A stretch of 56,373 nucleotides of DNA. Source: Chthonomonadaceae bacterium (lineage in GTDB: Bacteria; Armatimonadota; Chthonomonadetes; Chthonomonadales; Chthonomonadaceae). The stretch lies in assembly GCA_035650735.1 (NCBI GenBank), contig DASRGZ010000198.1, positions 62,001-118,373 on the forward strand, read 5' to 3'. The position numbers were made by a program, and so were the translations under genes. This document shows, piece after piece, positions 27,842 through 37,751 of this stretch. Under the pieces are notes generated by a model. The model saw only the letters and a program-made list of their open reading frames with translations. It was not told the DNA's origin and ran no database searches. Every line of letters begins with the position of its first letter. The stretch's first letter is position 1.

Positions 27842-28604
27842 ATGCACGCCCGGAAGTTGTGTGCCACTTTGGGGCTGAGTATCCTTCTCGGCGCTCCGTT
27901 CCTGGCCCTAGCCCCCGGAGCCAGCGGGCAGACGCGCGCCAAGGCGGGCGCTCACGATCAGAGCAGCACAACGGGAACCAATTTGCAGGATAGCTCCAAC
28001 GGAACGAAATCGCAGGCGCAGATCCGGAATACCTAACCCAAGTTGCTACCTAGGAACACGTTTGAGAGAGAATCGCTCTGGAAACCGGCTTTTGCATCAC
28101 CGTTTGCCTTCTCGAAGAGGCAAGGTAGCAACTTGAGTTACCTATACGGCTCCCGCCGTTGGCGGCCGGAGTCCACTGCGCTATCGCCCACGCACACGAC
28201 TCCAGGGAGATCGGATGGTTGGCGGGAATCGGCAGGCGCGGCAACGCGGCAGCCGCACCGCTTTCCATCGCCGGTCTGGCCGACGGCACCATGCCACACG
28301 GCAAGCGCAGTATCACCGGGCACGCTCACGCCGCACCCGTCTTCCCGGTGCGGCAGGCAATCAGAGCTGGAACGCGCAAACCCGGGCGAGAAAATTCTAC
28401 ACGACCAATGCCGGCGGTGGCTCTAGCCCCCTGGCCTATAGCCCGCGCACCCGGCTCCAGGGCGACCTGATTGCCAACCCACAGGCCACCCCCAATCGGG
28501 TACAGCAGAGCAATCGGAGCCAGAGCGCGCAGGGCCGTCGGGCACACAGCCAGCGTCGGCACGGTCATCGGGCCCAGAGCCGAGGGGCCAGCCCGGGCTA
28601 TTGA
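27842..28604 (+). pseudogene. Secreted Arg-rich protein gene interrupted by a MITE
   Basis: Removing the MITE plus one TSD joins ORFs 27842 and 28215 in frame (217 aa) and restores a duplicated motif (GGRSPLRYRPRTRLQGD / GGSSPLAYSPRTRLQGD). Confidence 0.85.
28036..28138. mobile_element. 103-bp MITE, copy 1
   Basis: 16-bp TIR AC(C/T)CAAGTTGCTACCT; TACCTA direct repeats at 28030 and 28139; identical to 54307-54409. Confidence 0.92.
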
Positions 28605-28607
28605 TTC

Positions 28608-28689
28608 TAACACGGATGGGACGGATTAGACGGATAACACGGATAAAGCCAATCCGTTGAATCCGTGGCATCCGCCCCATCCGTGTTTA
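28608..28689. repeat. Inverted short tandem repeat (ACGGAT/ATCCGT)
   Basis: AACACGGATGGGACGGATTAGACGGATAACACGGAT ... ATCCGTTGAATCCGTGGCATCCG..ATCCGTGTT. Confidence 0.75.
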
Positions 28690-28822
28690 GGATTATAGGG
28701 GCAGAGCCTGGGAAGATTTTCGGAGGTATTTCGGGGTAGACGGCGGAACGAAATCCGGGCTAATCCGTACTGAAGGTAAGCACGGCAATTGATTGCCGGC
28801 TATACGAACAAGGAGGAGTCGT

Positions 28823-29050
28823 ATGCGAATTCGCCTTTACCTGTGCGCGCTTATCGGCCTCTGCGCCAGCCTGTTGGCCTTTCCTGCCCTGGCCCAGGGG
28901 AGGCAACATCGCCCCACGGTCGGCCATGAAGTGCGGGCTGCCGGGCATAATGTGCGTGCTAGTCTCAAGCGCACAGGTCATCGGGTACGCGCCCGATTGA
29001 AGCACCATCGGCATCACCGGCGCCATCATCACCGACGCCATCATCGGTAA
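28823..29050 (+). CDS. Small secreted Arg/His-rich protein
   Basis: AGGAGGAG SD; signal peptide ending ALA-Q; C-terminus HHRHHRRHHHRRHHR. Confidence 0.75.
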   Translation: MRIRLYLCALIGLCASLLAFPALAQGRQHRPTVGHEVRAAGHNVRASLKRTGHRVRARLKHHRHHRRHHHRRHHR

Positions 29051-29080
29051 TACTACCGACCCGGACCCAAACAAGACAAG

Positions 29081-29107
29081 GAGGGCAGGGATTTGCTCCC
29101 TGCCCTC
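29081..29107 (-). terminator. Hairpin terminator between convergent genes
   Basis: GAGGGCAGGGA-tttgc-TCCCTGCCCTC. Confidence 0.65.
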
Positions 29108-29149
29108 GCGCCTTTCCAAGGCCTCTAACACAATGAGTTCGGAATTGGC

Positions 29150-30148
29150 TTAGCGCCGGGCGCAGACATAGATGCGCGCGTACAGCGGTTCGCTTAGGCG
29201 GCTGACGGCGACGCCGCCCCGGCTGGAGGAGGAGTGGATAAAATAGCCGTTGCCGATATAGATACCGGTATGCGTCACGCCCGCCCCGTTCTTCTTGTGA
29301 CCGAAGTAGAGGCGGTCGCCCGCCTGTAACTGATCCATGGGGACCGGCACGCCGTAGGCCATCTGTTCGGTCGCCGTGCGCGGCAGCCGGTAGCCGCAAG
29401 CGCCGAAGACGTTCTTGACAAAGCCGGAGCAGTCAATGCCGCTATAGCCGTTGCCGCCCCAGACATAGCGCACGCCCATATACTTGTAGGCTTCCTGGAG
29501 AATAGCTTGGGCCTCGGTGACGAGCAGCGGCTGGCCGGTATGGGGATAGACATCTCCCTGATCCATGCCGCTCGGCATCACCGGGCTGCCATTAGAGACG
29601 ACCTGGTAATCCAGTAGCTTCACGTTCTGGACAGGCAGCCAGCCGGTCGAGCCGTCGGCCATCAGCACGCCGCACCACGCGCCCGCGTCCTGCTGGATGG
29701 CGACATAGGTTCCGGTCGGGGCCACGGTCAGCAATTGGCTCTGCGTGCTCGGCTCCCGATAGATGCGGCTCTGCCGCTCCAGTTGCCCCAATCTCCCCAC
29801 GATCCGCTCCACGCTGCCGCCGCGCGAGGCATACCGCCCGCGCATCCTGGCTGATCGCCTGCGGCTCGCCGCACGGGAGCTCCTGGGCACAACCGTCGTG
29901 CGGGCTTTTAACTGCGAAGCCTGGGAAGCCTGCGATTGCCGCATTGCCAGCGCGTTCTGCGAGGGCGGCAGTTCCAGCGTCAGCGTCCCATCGGCGCGCG
30001 ACGCAGCGGGAATGCCGACCAGCCCCAGCAAGGCCGTCGCGCCCCATCCTAGGCGCATCCACCGGAAAAAAGTACCAGCCAGACCGCTGGCGCGGAGAGA
30101 TCCCTGAGCGGACTCAGGAGGCGTTAACGAGGTAGGCCGTGAGCGCAA
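29150..30148 (-). CDS. NlpC/P60 peptidoglycan endopeptidase with SH3b-like domain
   Basis: YVWGG..GIDCSGFV, LPRTATEQ and HTGIYIGNGYFIHSSS motifs. Confidence 0.93.
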   Translation of the reverse strand: MRSRPTSLTPPESAQGSLRASGLAGTFFRWMRLGWGATALLGLVGIPAASRADGTLTLELPPSQNALAMRQSQASQASQLKARTTVVPRSSRAASRRRSARMRGRYASRGGSVERIVGRLGQLERQSRIYREPSTQSQLLTVAPTGTYVAIQQDAGAWCGVLMADGSTGWLPVQNVKLLDYQVVSNGSPVMPSGMDQGDVYPHTGQPLLVTEAQAILQEAYKYMGVRYVWGGNGYSGIDCSGFVKNVFGACGYRLPRTATEQMAYGVPVPMDQLQAGDRLYFGHKKNGAGVTHTGIYIGNGYFIHSSSSRGGVAVSRLSEPLYARIYVCARR

Positions 30149-30495
30149 TCACCTGTCCTCCTTTTGCTTACTATTTTGGGAAGGCGTTCCGTGCGGCGGG
30201 ACACGAGCGAAGGGAAAAACCGCTGGCGTGGGGGGGAAGGCAACAGAAGACCGCCACACGGCACCATTATCGGCAAGTAGAGGCCGATTCTGTATAGAAA
30301 ACTCCCGCAGACGCGGGCGAGCGTATTCTCTTACCTAACCCCCGTCTCGCGGCAGGCTAAACCCTGGCGCGAGAGAGGGCGAGGGTGAGGGCCATAGCCG
30401 CCCGCAAAGCTCCGTCGGGGTTACGTAGATACTGACGTAGGATAGACGCCCAAAATGCGCGCGCGTTACGCGGATTTTGAGCTGGAGGAGGGAAG

Positions 30496-30545
30496 AAAAG
30501 CCAATCGGGCAATGTGCCAATGCGGCTCCATTGCCCCGTTGACCT
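30496..30545 (-). terminator. Terminator after rpsI (end of the superoperon)
   Basis: Minus-strand hairpin GGTCAACGGGGCAATG..CATTGCCCGATTGGC followed by TTTTCTT. Confidence 0.6.
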
Positions 30546-30559
30546 AGGAACCTTTGACT

Positions 30560-30961
30560 TTAGCGCTTGCTGAACTGGAAGCCGCGACGAGCGCGCTTGC
30601 GACCGTACTTCTTGCGCTCCTTGACGCGCGGATCGCGGGTCAGCAGGCCGGTGCGGCGCAGACGCGGGCGCAGTTCGGGGTCTGCCTCCAGCAACGCCCT
30701 GGAGATACCGTGCCGGATAGCTCCCGCCTGGCCAGATATGCCGCCGCCCTTGCAGCGCGCGATCACATCAAAGCGGCCCACCATCTCGGTGACCTCAAAG
30801 GGCTGCTGCACCAGGCGCTCCAGCACGGCGCGTCCCAGGTACTTGGCCGCCGGGCGGTCGTTGATCATGACCGTGCCGGTGCCCGGCGTCAGCCATACAC
30901 GCGCGATAGCATCCTTCCGATGTCCGGTTCCGTAATAGCGAATACGAGCTCCGTCTGCCAA
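30560..30961 (-). CDS. rpsI: 30S ribosomal protein S9
   Basis: [19 protein letters not shown] and [17 protein letters not shown]. Confidence 0.97.
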   Translation of the reverse strand: MADGARIRYYGTGHRKDAIARVWLTPGTGTVMINDRPAAKYLGRAVLERLVQQPFEVTEMVGRFDVIARCKGGGISGQAGAIRHGISRALLEADPELRPRLRRTGLLTRDPRVKERKKYGRKRARRGFQFSKR

Positions 30962-30963
30962 CC

Positions 30964-31434
30964 TTATTCTCCCCTACCTTTCGCTTGCTGTGTACCGCCG
31001 GTATAGACAATCGGCTTCTGGGCCGCATGAGGGTGATTCGGGCCTCGATAGACCCGCAGCTTCTTGATAATCTGGTCGCCGAGCTTGGTGTGCGGGATCA
31101 TACCGCGCACCACACGCCGGATAGCCTCCTCGGGCCGCTTCGCCAACTCCTCCTGGCGCTGCACGCTCTTGAGCGCGCCCGGCCAGCCGGAGTGATGATA
31201 GACCGGCTCGCTGCCTTTGTTAACTCCGGTCAGGACGACCTTCTCCGCATTGATAATAATCACATGGTCGCCCGTATCCACATGCGGCGTGAATATCGGT
31301 TTGTGCTTGCCGCGCAGGAGCTTGGCGGCATCCACCGCCAGGCGCCCCAGCGGGACTTCGGCTGCGTCCAGGACATACCAGACCCGCTGCTTTTCCATAT
31401 CCTCCGGACGCGCCGAGATGGTCGTCTTCATCAT
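30964..31434 (-). CDS. rplM: 50S ribosomal protein L13
   Basis: [17 protein letters not shown] and HPHAAQKP. Confidence 0.97.
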   Translation of the reverse strand: MMKTTISARPEDMEKQRVWYVLDAAEVPLGRLAVDAAKLLRGKHKPIFTPHVDTGDHVIIINAEKVVLTGVNKGSEPVYHHSGWPGALKSVQRQEELAKRPEEAIRRVVRGMIPHTKLGDQIIKKLRVYRGPNHPHAAQKPIVYTGGTQQAKGRGE

Positions 31435-31479
31435 TTATCCTCCAGCCTACCCTATCCCTCCCCAGAGTCCCTCCGTTCT

Positions 31480-31596
31480 GGTCCCCACCCCTTTATCCCC
31501 TCCCCCAACTCTAGGGGAGGGGCGACCCGACTTCTCCTCTCCCCTCTCCTTGCGAAGGAGAGGGGCCGGGGGTGAGGTCTGCTGGGGTGAGGGCCT
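31480..31596. repeat. Family P repeats between truA and rplM
   Basis: CCCCTCTCCTTGCGAAGGAGAGGGGCCGGGGGTGAGGTC. Confidence 0.8.
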
Positions 31597-32402
31597 CACG
31601 GAGAAACCGGAGGGATCAGGGAAGGTTGTTGTTCCAGGTTCTGAGAGCGCGCGTAGACCTTACGCACGCCGTAGCGCACTTTCACCAGGCAAAGGCCCTG
31701 CGGAGGCGCCGAGGGGCCCGCCAATTTCCTCTCGCGCGAAGCCAGGAGCGCCGGCAACTCCTCGGGAGCGCGCTTTCCCGTCCCGAGCTCCAGCAGGGTG
31801 CCGACGATAGTGCGCACCATGCCGCGCAGGAAAGCGTTGGCCTCAATGCGCACGATCACCAGCTTGCCATAGCGTCCCACCTGACAGCGCATCACCTCGC
31901 GCATCGTGGTCTGGCCCGGCTGAAGCTCGTTGGCGAAGGCCGCAAAGTCCTGCTCGCCCAGCAGATACCCGGCCCCAACCCGCATGGCCTCTACATCCAG
32001 CGGGTGCGGACTGAACGCGCTGTAGCGGCGCAGCAGCGCCGAGGGCACGCGCCGATTGAGTATCAGATAGGCATACAGCCGCGACGAGGCGGAGAACCGC
32101 GCATTGAACGCCTCGGGAGCCTCCTCAACATGCCGCACGGTAACATCCGGCGGAAGCGCGCTGTTCCAGGCCAGCGCCATTCGCTCCACCGGAATGCGCG
32201 TCTCCACGCGAAAGCTCACCACCTGCCCCAGCGCATGGACTCCGGCATCCGTGCGGCCAGCGCCGGTGATGCGAGCAAACTGCCCGGTTCGCTGGAGAAG
32301 GGCCTCTTCCAGCACGCCCTGCACCGTGCGCGTGCCGTGCTGCCACTGAAACCCGGCGAAGTCCGTACCGTCGTACTCGACCGTCGCCTTGAAGTTGGGC
32401 AT
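31596..32402 (-). CDS. truA: tRNA pseudouridine(38-40) synthase TruA
   Basis: YDGTDFAGFQ, AGRTDAGVHA and AFLRGMVR. Confidence 0.97.
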   Translation of the reverse strand: MPNFKATVEYDGTDFAGFQWQHGTRTVQGVLEEALLQRTGQFARITGAGRTDAGVHALGQVVSFRVETRIPVERMALAWNSALPPDVTVRHVEEAPEAFNARFSASSRLYAYLILNRRVPSALLRRYSAFSPHPLDVEAMRVGAGYLLGEQDFAAFANELQPGQTTMREVMRCQVGRYGKLVIVRIEANAFLRGMVRTIVGTLLELGTGKRAPEELPALLASRERKLAGPSAPPQGLCLVKVRYGVRKVYARSQNLEQQPSLIPPVSP

Positions 32403-32441
32403 AGCGTGGCCCCCACTCCTATGGTTTCACCTACTCTATCC

Positions 32442-32975
32442 CTACTTCCGGCGGCGTCCCAGGCCGAACAGGCCGCGCCGTCCCTTCTCCGTCGCTTCTA
32501 CCTGCGGCGCCGGCACGTTCTCCGGCTCCCACCCCTCGACGAACTCCAGCAGCACCAGCGGCGCGCCGTCGCCGCGCCGAAAACCGACCTTCGTGATGCG
32601 CGTGTAGCCGCCGGGCCGGCCTATGTAGCGCGGCGCGATCACCTCAAACAGGCGAGGCACCACATAGTAGGGGTTGCGCGCGATCTTTGCGCCGCCCTTG
32701 GGCCCGCCGGGAACGCGCACGAACTCATCTATATTGCTATCTACATAGCGGCGCACCATGCGACGCGTGTGCAGGCGCATCGCCACGGGCGCATCCGGCC
32801 CGCCCTTGCGGGCCAGCGTAACCAGCTTCTCCACGATGGGCCGCACCTCCTTGGCGCGCGCCTCGGTAGTGACTATCCTATCGTTGAGAAGCAGGTTGCG
32901 CGTCAGGCTCTTGAGCAGCGCGCGCCGCTGGTCGCTCGGCAATCCAAGCTTACGTCCCGACCTCCGGTGACGCAT
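32442..32975 (-). CDS. rplQ: 50S ribosomal protein L17 (with insertion and C-terminal tail)
   Basis: MRHRRSGRKLG and RPGGYTRITKVGFRRGDGAP. Confidence 0.96.
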   Translation of the reverse strand: MRHRRSGRKLGLPSDQRRALLKSLTRNLLLNDRIVTTEARAKEVRPIVEKLVTLARKGGPDAPVAMRLHTRRMVRRYVDSNIDEFVRVPGGPKGGAKIARNPYYVVPRLFEVIAPRYIGRPGGYTRITKVGFRRGDGAPLVLLEFVEGWEPENVPAPQVEATEKGRRGLFGLGRRRK

Positions 32976-33001
32976 GTGTCTCTATCCTTTCCAAGTCCTG
33001 C

Positions 33002-34027
33002 TTATTCGTTGTCCGGCTCGGCTTCCTGCTCGTTCTCTTCCTCTTCCGCATTCTCCACGTTGACCGTCGAACCGCCCTTGAGGGACAGGCCCAGCTGCGC
33101 CAGCTTCTCGCGCACTTCCGTCAGCGACTTCTTGCCGAAGTTGCGGATCTGCATCAGATCGTTTTCCGTGTACTGCACGAGCTCGGGAATGGTGAGGATA
33201 TTGGCCTTCTTCAGGCAGTTATAGGTGCGTACCGAGAAGTCCAGCTCCTCGATCCGGACATTGGGCGCCGTCTCCACCTCACCGGAAGGCAGCGCTATAT
33301 CGGTCCCGATGGGCTCGCCATCCCGGCGCGGGAAGGAGACAAACAGGCGGAAGTACTGATCCAGAATATCCGCCGCCTCGCTGATCGCGTTCTCCGGCGT
33401 GATCGTGCCGTTGGTCCAGACCTCCAGGATCAGCCGCTCCAGGTTGGTGTTCGACTGAACGCGGGTCTGCTCGACCGTATAGTTAACCTTATGGACCGGC
33501 GTAAAGGCCGCACCCATCGGGATCACGCCGATGCCGATCTGGTTGCGCCGCTCCAGCCGCTCCGGCAGGACATAGCCCTTATTGACTTCCACCGTCATCT
33601 CCATCGAGAGGGTTGCGTCCTCATCGGAGATGGTGGCGATATAGGCATCCGGGTTGACGATCTCGACATCTTCCGGGCACTGCACATCGGCGCCGGTGAC
33701 GCGGCCTTCGCCTTTGACGTCTACGCGGATCGTCTTGGGCTCCAGCTTGGCGTCGCTGCCGTTGTGATGCACCTTGACGTGCAGCTCCTTGAGGTTGAGC
33801 AGCAGCTCGGTCGTATCCTCTTTGACCCCGGGAATAGTCGAAAACTCATGCAGTACCTTATCAATTTTGACATAGGTGATCGCTGCGCCAGGAATAGACG
33901 AAAGCAGTACTCGCCGCAGCGAGTTGCCCAGCGTCACCCCGTATCCGCGCTCCAGCGGCTCGACCACAAACTTCCCATACGTTGGGTTGGTCTCCAGCGT
34001 TTGGATGGTCGGCAGGGTCAGATCCAT
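33002..34027 (-). CDS. rpoA: RNA polymerase alpha subunit
   Basis: EPLERGYGVTLGNSLRRVLLSS and LDFSVRTYNCLK. Confidence 0.98.
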   Translation of the reverse strand: MDLTLPTIQTLETNPTYGKFVVEPLERGYGVTLGNSLRRVLLSSIPGAAITYVKIDKVLHEFSTIPGVKEDTTELLLNLKELHVKVHHNGSDAKLEPKTIRVDVKGEGRVTGADVQCPEDVEIVNPDAYIATISDEDATLSMEMTVEVNKGYVLPERLERRNQIGIGVIPMGAAFTPVHKVNYTVEQTRVQSNTNLERLILEVWTNGTITPENAISEAADILDQYFRLFVSFPRRDGEPIGTDIALPSGEVETAPNVRIEELDFSVRTYNCLKKANILTIPELVQYTENDLMQIRNFGKKSLTEVREKLAQLGLSLKGGSTVNVENAEEEENEQEAEPDNE

Positions 34028-34212
34028 CTTTCACACTCTCCTTTTGCCGCCATGCGCCGCATCTTGCGCGGGACGTTCCCTCCACGACAGAGGCAACCGG
34101 CCCACGCCAGAACGATGCACGTAAGGCGATAAGGCAAACAGGCGCACAACGGCGATAGGGCACAGAGGGGATAGCTCCCCGCAAGGAGATCGCGCCTCCT
34201 GGGCCCGGCCGA

Positions 34213-34869
34213 TTAGCGCGAATAGAACTCGATAATAAGCTGTTCGCGGACGTTGGTATCGATCTGGTCGCGGGTCGGAATAGCGATCACGCGGCCCTCC
34301 AGCGTCTGCGGATTGAAGTCAAGCCACTGCGGCAGGCTGCGCGCATGGATACGCTCGCGCGCCTCCTTGATGGCGCCGCTCTGCAGCATACTTTCGTGGA
34401 CGCCGATCACGTCGCCGGGCTTGACGCTATAGGAGGGGATATTGACGCGCCTTCCGTTGACCGTGAAGTGGCGATGACTCACCATCTGCCGGGCCTGCGC
34501 CCGTGAGGAGGCCAGCCCCAGGCGATAGATGACGTTATCCAGGCGCAGCTCCAGAAGCTGAAGCAGGTTCTCGCCGGTAACGCCGGGCCGCCGCAGCGCC
34601 TCGCTCAGATAGTTGCGGAACTGGCGCTCCAGCACACGATAGATGCGGCGCAGCTTCTGCTTCTCCCGCAACTGCACGCCGTACTCGGTCAGCTTCTTCT
34701 GGAAGGCGGGCGCAGCATGCATCCCCGGCGGCTTATCGCGCCACTTGGTTTTACCGTCTCGGCTGGTTTTATCCAGCGTACATTTGGTGTAGCACTTGTC
34801 GCCTTTGAGGTAGAGCTTGACTCCCTCACGGCGGCACTGGCGACACCTGGGATCATGATCAACTGCCAT
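34213..34869 (-). CDS. rpsD: 30S ribosomal protein S4 (Zn-binding form)
   Basis: [19 protein letters not shown] and LELRLDN. Confidence 0.97.
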   Translation of the reverse strand: MAVDHDPRCRQCRREGVKLYLKGDKCYTKCTLDKTSRDGKTKWRDKPPGMHAAPAFQKKLTEYGVQLREKQKLRRIYRVLERQFRNYLSEALRRPGVTGENLLQLLELRLDNVIYRLGLASSRAQARQMVSHRHFTVNGRRVNIPSYSVKPGDVIGVHESMLQSGAIKEARERIHARSLPQWLDFNPQTLEGRVIAIPTRDQIDTNVREQLIIEFYSR

Positions 34870-35017
34870 GGTTAAACAGATGCTCCTTGTGGTCTGGTTG
34901 CCATCAAGTGACAGGCGCAGCCGACGGGCTCTCCGCCCGCAGGCTCCTGGGTGTTTACACGCGGCTCAGGCGCTTCCTCCACCCGCGCATCACTTACTGC
35001 TTACTGCTGTGAACATA

Positions 35018-35062
35018 GCCCTCACCCCCTGCCCCCTCTCCCACGCTGCGGGAGAGGGGGGC
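35018..35062. repeat. Family P repeat between rpsK and rpsD
   Basis: CCCTCACCCCCTGCCCCCTCTCCCACGCTGCGGGAGAGGGGG. Confidence 0.75.
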
Positions 35063-35097
35063 ACGCATTTATATACAGGAAGGTGAACGACTCTAAG

Positions 35098-35505
35098 TTA
35101 CACGCGGCGGCGCTTCGGCGGGCGGCAGCCGTTATGCGGAATGGGCGTCACGTCCTTGATCAGGGTGACCTCCAGGCCCACGCCCTGCAAGGCGCGGATG
35201 GCCGTCTCCCGGCCCGCGCCCGGTCCCTTCACGTAGACATCCACCCGACGCAGCCCATGCTCCTGCGCGGCGCGGGCCGCGCGCTCGGCACAGATCTGAG
35301 CGGCAAACGGCGTGCCCTTGCGCGTGCCCTTAAAGCCGGCCGCGCCCGCGCTGGCCCACGAAATGACGTTGCCGTTCGTGTCCGCAATCGAAACGATGGT
35401 GTTGTTAAAAGTTGATTGAATATGGGCGACGCCCTGGACGATGTTCTTCTTCTCGCGAACCCTCTGTCGCCCTGCTGCGGCTCTTGTCGTCTGTTTATTG
35501 GCCAT
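35098..35505 (-). CDS. rpsK: 30S ribosomal protein S11
   Basis: STFNNTIV and [18 protein letters not shown]. Confidence 0.98.
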   Translation of the reverse strand: MANKQTTRAAAGRQRVREKKNIVQGVAHIQSTFNNTIVSIADTNGNVISWASAGAAGFKGTRKGTPFAAQICAERAARAAQEHGLRRVDVYVKGPGAGRETAIRALQGVGLEVTLIKDVTPIPHNGCRPPKRRRV

Positions 35506-35595
35506 AGTTGCTTCCTGTCGAGCAGCCTTCCTCCGAAATGGACCTTCCGGGACAGCGCACGCCTGCGCCCGCCAGTCAGCCCGGAGGCTGCCGCG

Positions 35596-35973
35596 TTACT
35601 TCTTCGCCTTCTTCTTTCCGGCGACGGCGCGCTTGGGCCCTTTACGCGTGCGCGCATTGGTCTTGGTGCGCTGCCCGCGCACCGGCAGGCCGCGCCGGTG
35701 ACGCAGACCCCGATAGCAGCCGATCTCCATCAGACGGCGTATGCTCAACTGGTACTCGCGCCGCAGATCGCCTTCCACCCGGTAATCGCGCTCCAGGATC
35801 TCGCGCACCCGGGCCGTCTCCGCTTCGGTCATATCGCGCACGCGCGTATCCGGGTTGATGCCCGCCGTCGCCACGATTTTCTTGGCGCTGGGCAGACCGA
35901 TGCCATAGATATAGGTAAGCGCGTATTCGATTCGCTTGTCGCGTGGCAGATCCACGCCCGCAATACGTGCCAA
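35596..35973 (-). CDS. rpsM: 30S ribosomal protein S13
   Basis: ARIAGVDLP and [18 protein letters not shown]. Confidence 0.98.
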   Translation of the reverse strand: MARIAGVDLPRDKRIEYALTYIYGIGLPSAKKIVATAGINPDTRVRDMTEAETARVREILERDYRVEGDLRREYQLSIRRLMEIGCYRGLRHRRGLPVRGQRTKTNARTRKGPKRAVAGKKKAKK

Positions 35974-36041
35974 ACCGAATCCTCCTTTGATGCGTCGGCC
36001 CGCCGGCAGCCCGCCTCAAGCGCGCTGCCGGGGCGAGCCGC

Positions 36042-36155
36042 TTAACCTTGTCGCTGCTTGTGCTTGGGATTGACGCAGATGACGCGCACCACGCCCTCAC
36101 GCCGGATCACCTTGCACTTCTCGCAAATTTTCTTAACCGAGGCACGCACTTTCAT
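36042..36155 (-). CDS. rpmJ: 50S ribosomal protein L36 (Zn-binding form)
   Basis: [14 protein letters not shown]...[12 protein letters not shown]. Confidence 0.97.
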   Translation of the reverse strand: MKVRASVKKICEKCKVIRREGVVRVICVNPKHKQRQG

Positions 36156-36206
36156 GGCCGTACTTCCTCCTCCCTCATCCAACAACCTGTAGCCAGTTCC
36201 CCAACA

Positions 36207-36440
36207 GACCTCACGCCCACCCCCCCTCCTTCTCAAGGAGAGGAGAGCAAAAGCCGGGCCACCCCCATCCCCTCCCCCAACAACAGGAGAGGGGCGCAGA
36301 GAAGCCGGGTCACTCCCTTCCCTCGTAGGGCCGCTAGGTGTCGCGAGGCGGAGCCGGAGGCCGTAACTCCGGCGACCCTGGCAGTGGCCCGAACCATTGT
36401 AGCGCCGACCCTTGCAGTGGGGGCCGGGGGGTTAGGTACC
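36207..36440. repeat. Composite P + module A repeat between infA and rpmJ
   Basis: P hairpins plus CCGCTAGGTGTCGC...CGACCCTGGCAGTGG...CCGACCCTTGCAGTGG. Confidence 0.8.
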
Positions 36441-36560
36441 CTCCCGCAGACGCGAAAAGACGGGCAGCGGCGGAAAACGAGCTTCCTCCGCTTCCCGAAA
36501 GGCATCTATAGCGCGATACCGGCAGCGCGCCGGGCGCAAGCGCTTCTCGCGCGCCTCAGA

Positions 36561-36959
36561 TTAGCTGCGATAGCGATACCGGATGCGCCCGCGCTCCAGA
36601 TCGTAGGGCGAGAGTTCCACGAGAACCCGGTCGCCGGGCAGGATGCGGATAAAGTTCTGCCGCAGCTTGCCAGCCACATGGGCCAGAATCGTCTTCTTCT
36701 GGTCACCGACGGGTATCTCGACGCGGAACATGGCGTTTGGTAACGCCTCGACAATGACGCCCTCGATCTCAATGCCTTGCTCTTTACTGGTCTCCTCAGG
36801 CTGCGGCTTGCGATGCGCCGGGGCGCCTCCAGAGGGACGCGGGGGACTTCCTCCCGGTCGTCCTCCGCCACCTCCCCGCCGCTGCGGTCCACCGCCACCG
36901 GGGCGCTGTGGCCCGCCTCCCGGGCGCTGCGGCCCGCCTGGTCTTTTGGGTGCTGGCAT
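36561..36959 (-). CDS. infA: Translation initiation factor IF-1 with a Gly/Pro/Arg-rich N-terminal extension
   Basis: [37 protein letters not shown] directly after the map stop with a GGAG SD. Confidence 0.95.
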   Translation of the reverse strand: MPAPKRPGGPQRPGGGPQRPGGGGPQRRGGGGGRPGGSPPRPSGGAPAHRKPQPEETSKEQGIEIEGVIVEALPNAMFRVEIPVGDQKKTILAHVAGKLRQNFIRILPGDRVLVELSPYDLERGRIRYRYRS

Positions 36960-37751
36960 TCAGTCTCCGTTCGTTAGAATGGCTGCGCCATTAGGAGTAA
37001 TGGCGACAGTATGCTCAAAATGGGCGGACAGGCTGCCGTCCGCCGTAACAATGGTCCAGCGGTCGTCAAGGTATTTGATGTCCTTGCGGCCGGCGTTGAC
37101 CATCGGCTCAATCGCAAAGGTCATTCCGCATTCCAGAAGCGGCCCTTTGCTGCCTGAGACGAAATTAGGAACTTGCGGCTCCTCATGCAGCGATCTGCCG
37201 ACGCCGTGCCCCGTCAGCTCGCGCACCACCGAGTAGCCATGGCTCTCCGCATGGCGCTGCACCGCGCGGCTGATGTCCCCGATGCGCTTGCCGGGACGTG
37301 CCTGCGCAATGCCCTTGAACAACGCCTCGCGCGTGACGGAGAGCAGACGCTCGGCCTCCGGCGAGATGCGCCCCACCGGAAACGTCCACGCGCTGTCGGC
37401 GATATAGTCGTTGAGCTCGACGCCGCAATCCACCGTCACGATGTCGCCCTCCTGGAGGACGCGGCGCCCCGGAATGCCGTGGACGATCTCGTTATTGACG
37501 GAGATGCAGGTCCACGCCGGATAGGGCGGATGTCCCACCGGCGCATAGCCGAGGAACGGCGACGATCCGCCGCTTTCCGAGATGATCTGGCTGGCCAGGT
37601 CTTCCAGCGTGCCGGTCGTGACGCCTGGCTGGACGGCCTCGCCTACCTCCTTCAAAACGCGATGAACGACGCGCCCGGCGGCCCGGATCTTAGCTATCTC
37701 CTCGCGCGTCTTCAGGATAATCATGGGATAGAATTCGCTCTCAGTGCTCAT
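36960..37751 (-). CDS. map: Type I methionine aminopeptidase
   Basis: CISVNNEIVHGIP, GHGVG..LHEEP and SAHFEHT. Confidence 0.97.
   Translation of the reverse strand: MSTESEFYPMIILKTREEIAKIRAAGRVVHRVLKEVGEAVQPGVTTGTLEDLASQIISESGGSSPFLGYAPVGHPPYPAWTCISVNNEIVHGIPGRRVLQEGDIVTVDCGVELNDYIADSAWTFPVGRISPEAERLLSVTREALFKGIAQARPGKRIGDISRAVQRHAESHGYSVVRELTGHGVGRSLHEEPQVPNFVSGSKGPLLECGMTFAIEPMVNAGRKDIKYLDDRWTIVTADGSLSAHFEHTVAITPNGAAILTNGD

Noticed and set aside
28043..28426. Paralogous ORFs starting MLPRNTFERES (also 54314)
   Set aside because: They are translations of the MITE, not real genes.
30395..30480. c-di-AMP (ydaO) or c-di-GMP riboswitch upstream of NlpC/P60
   Set aside because: Only a partial CGTCAG...TAACCCCG resemblance; the other conserved elements are absent.
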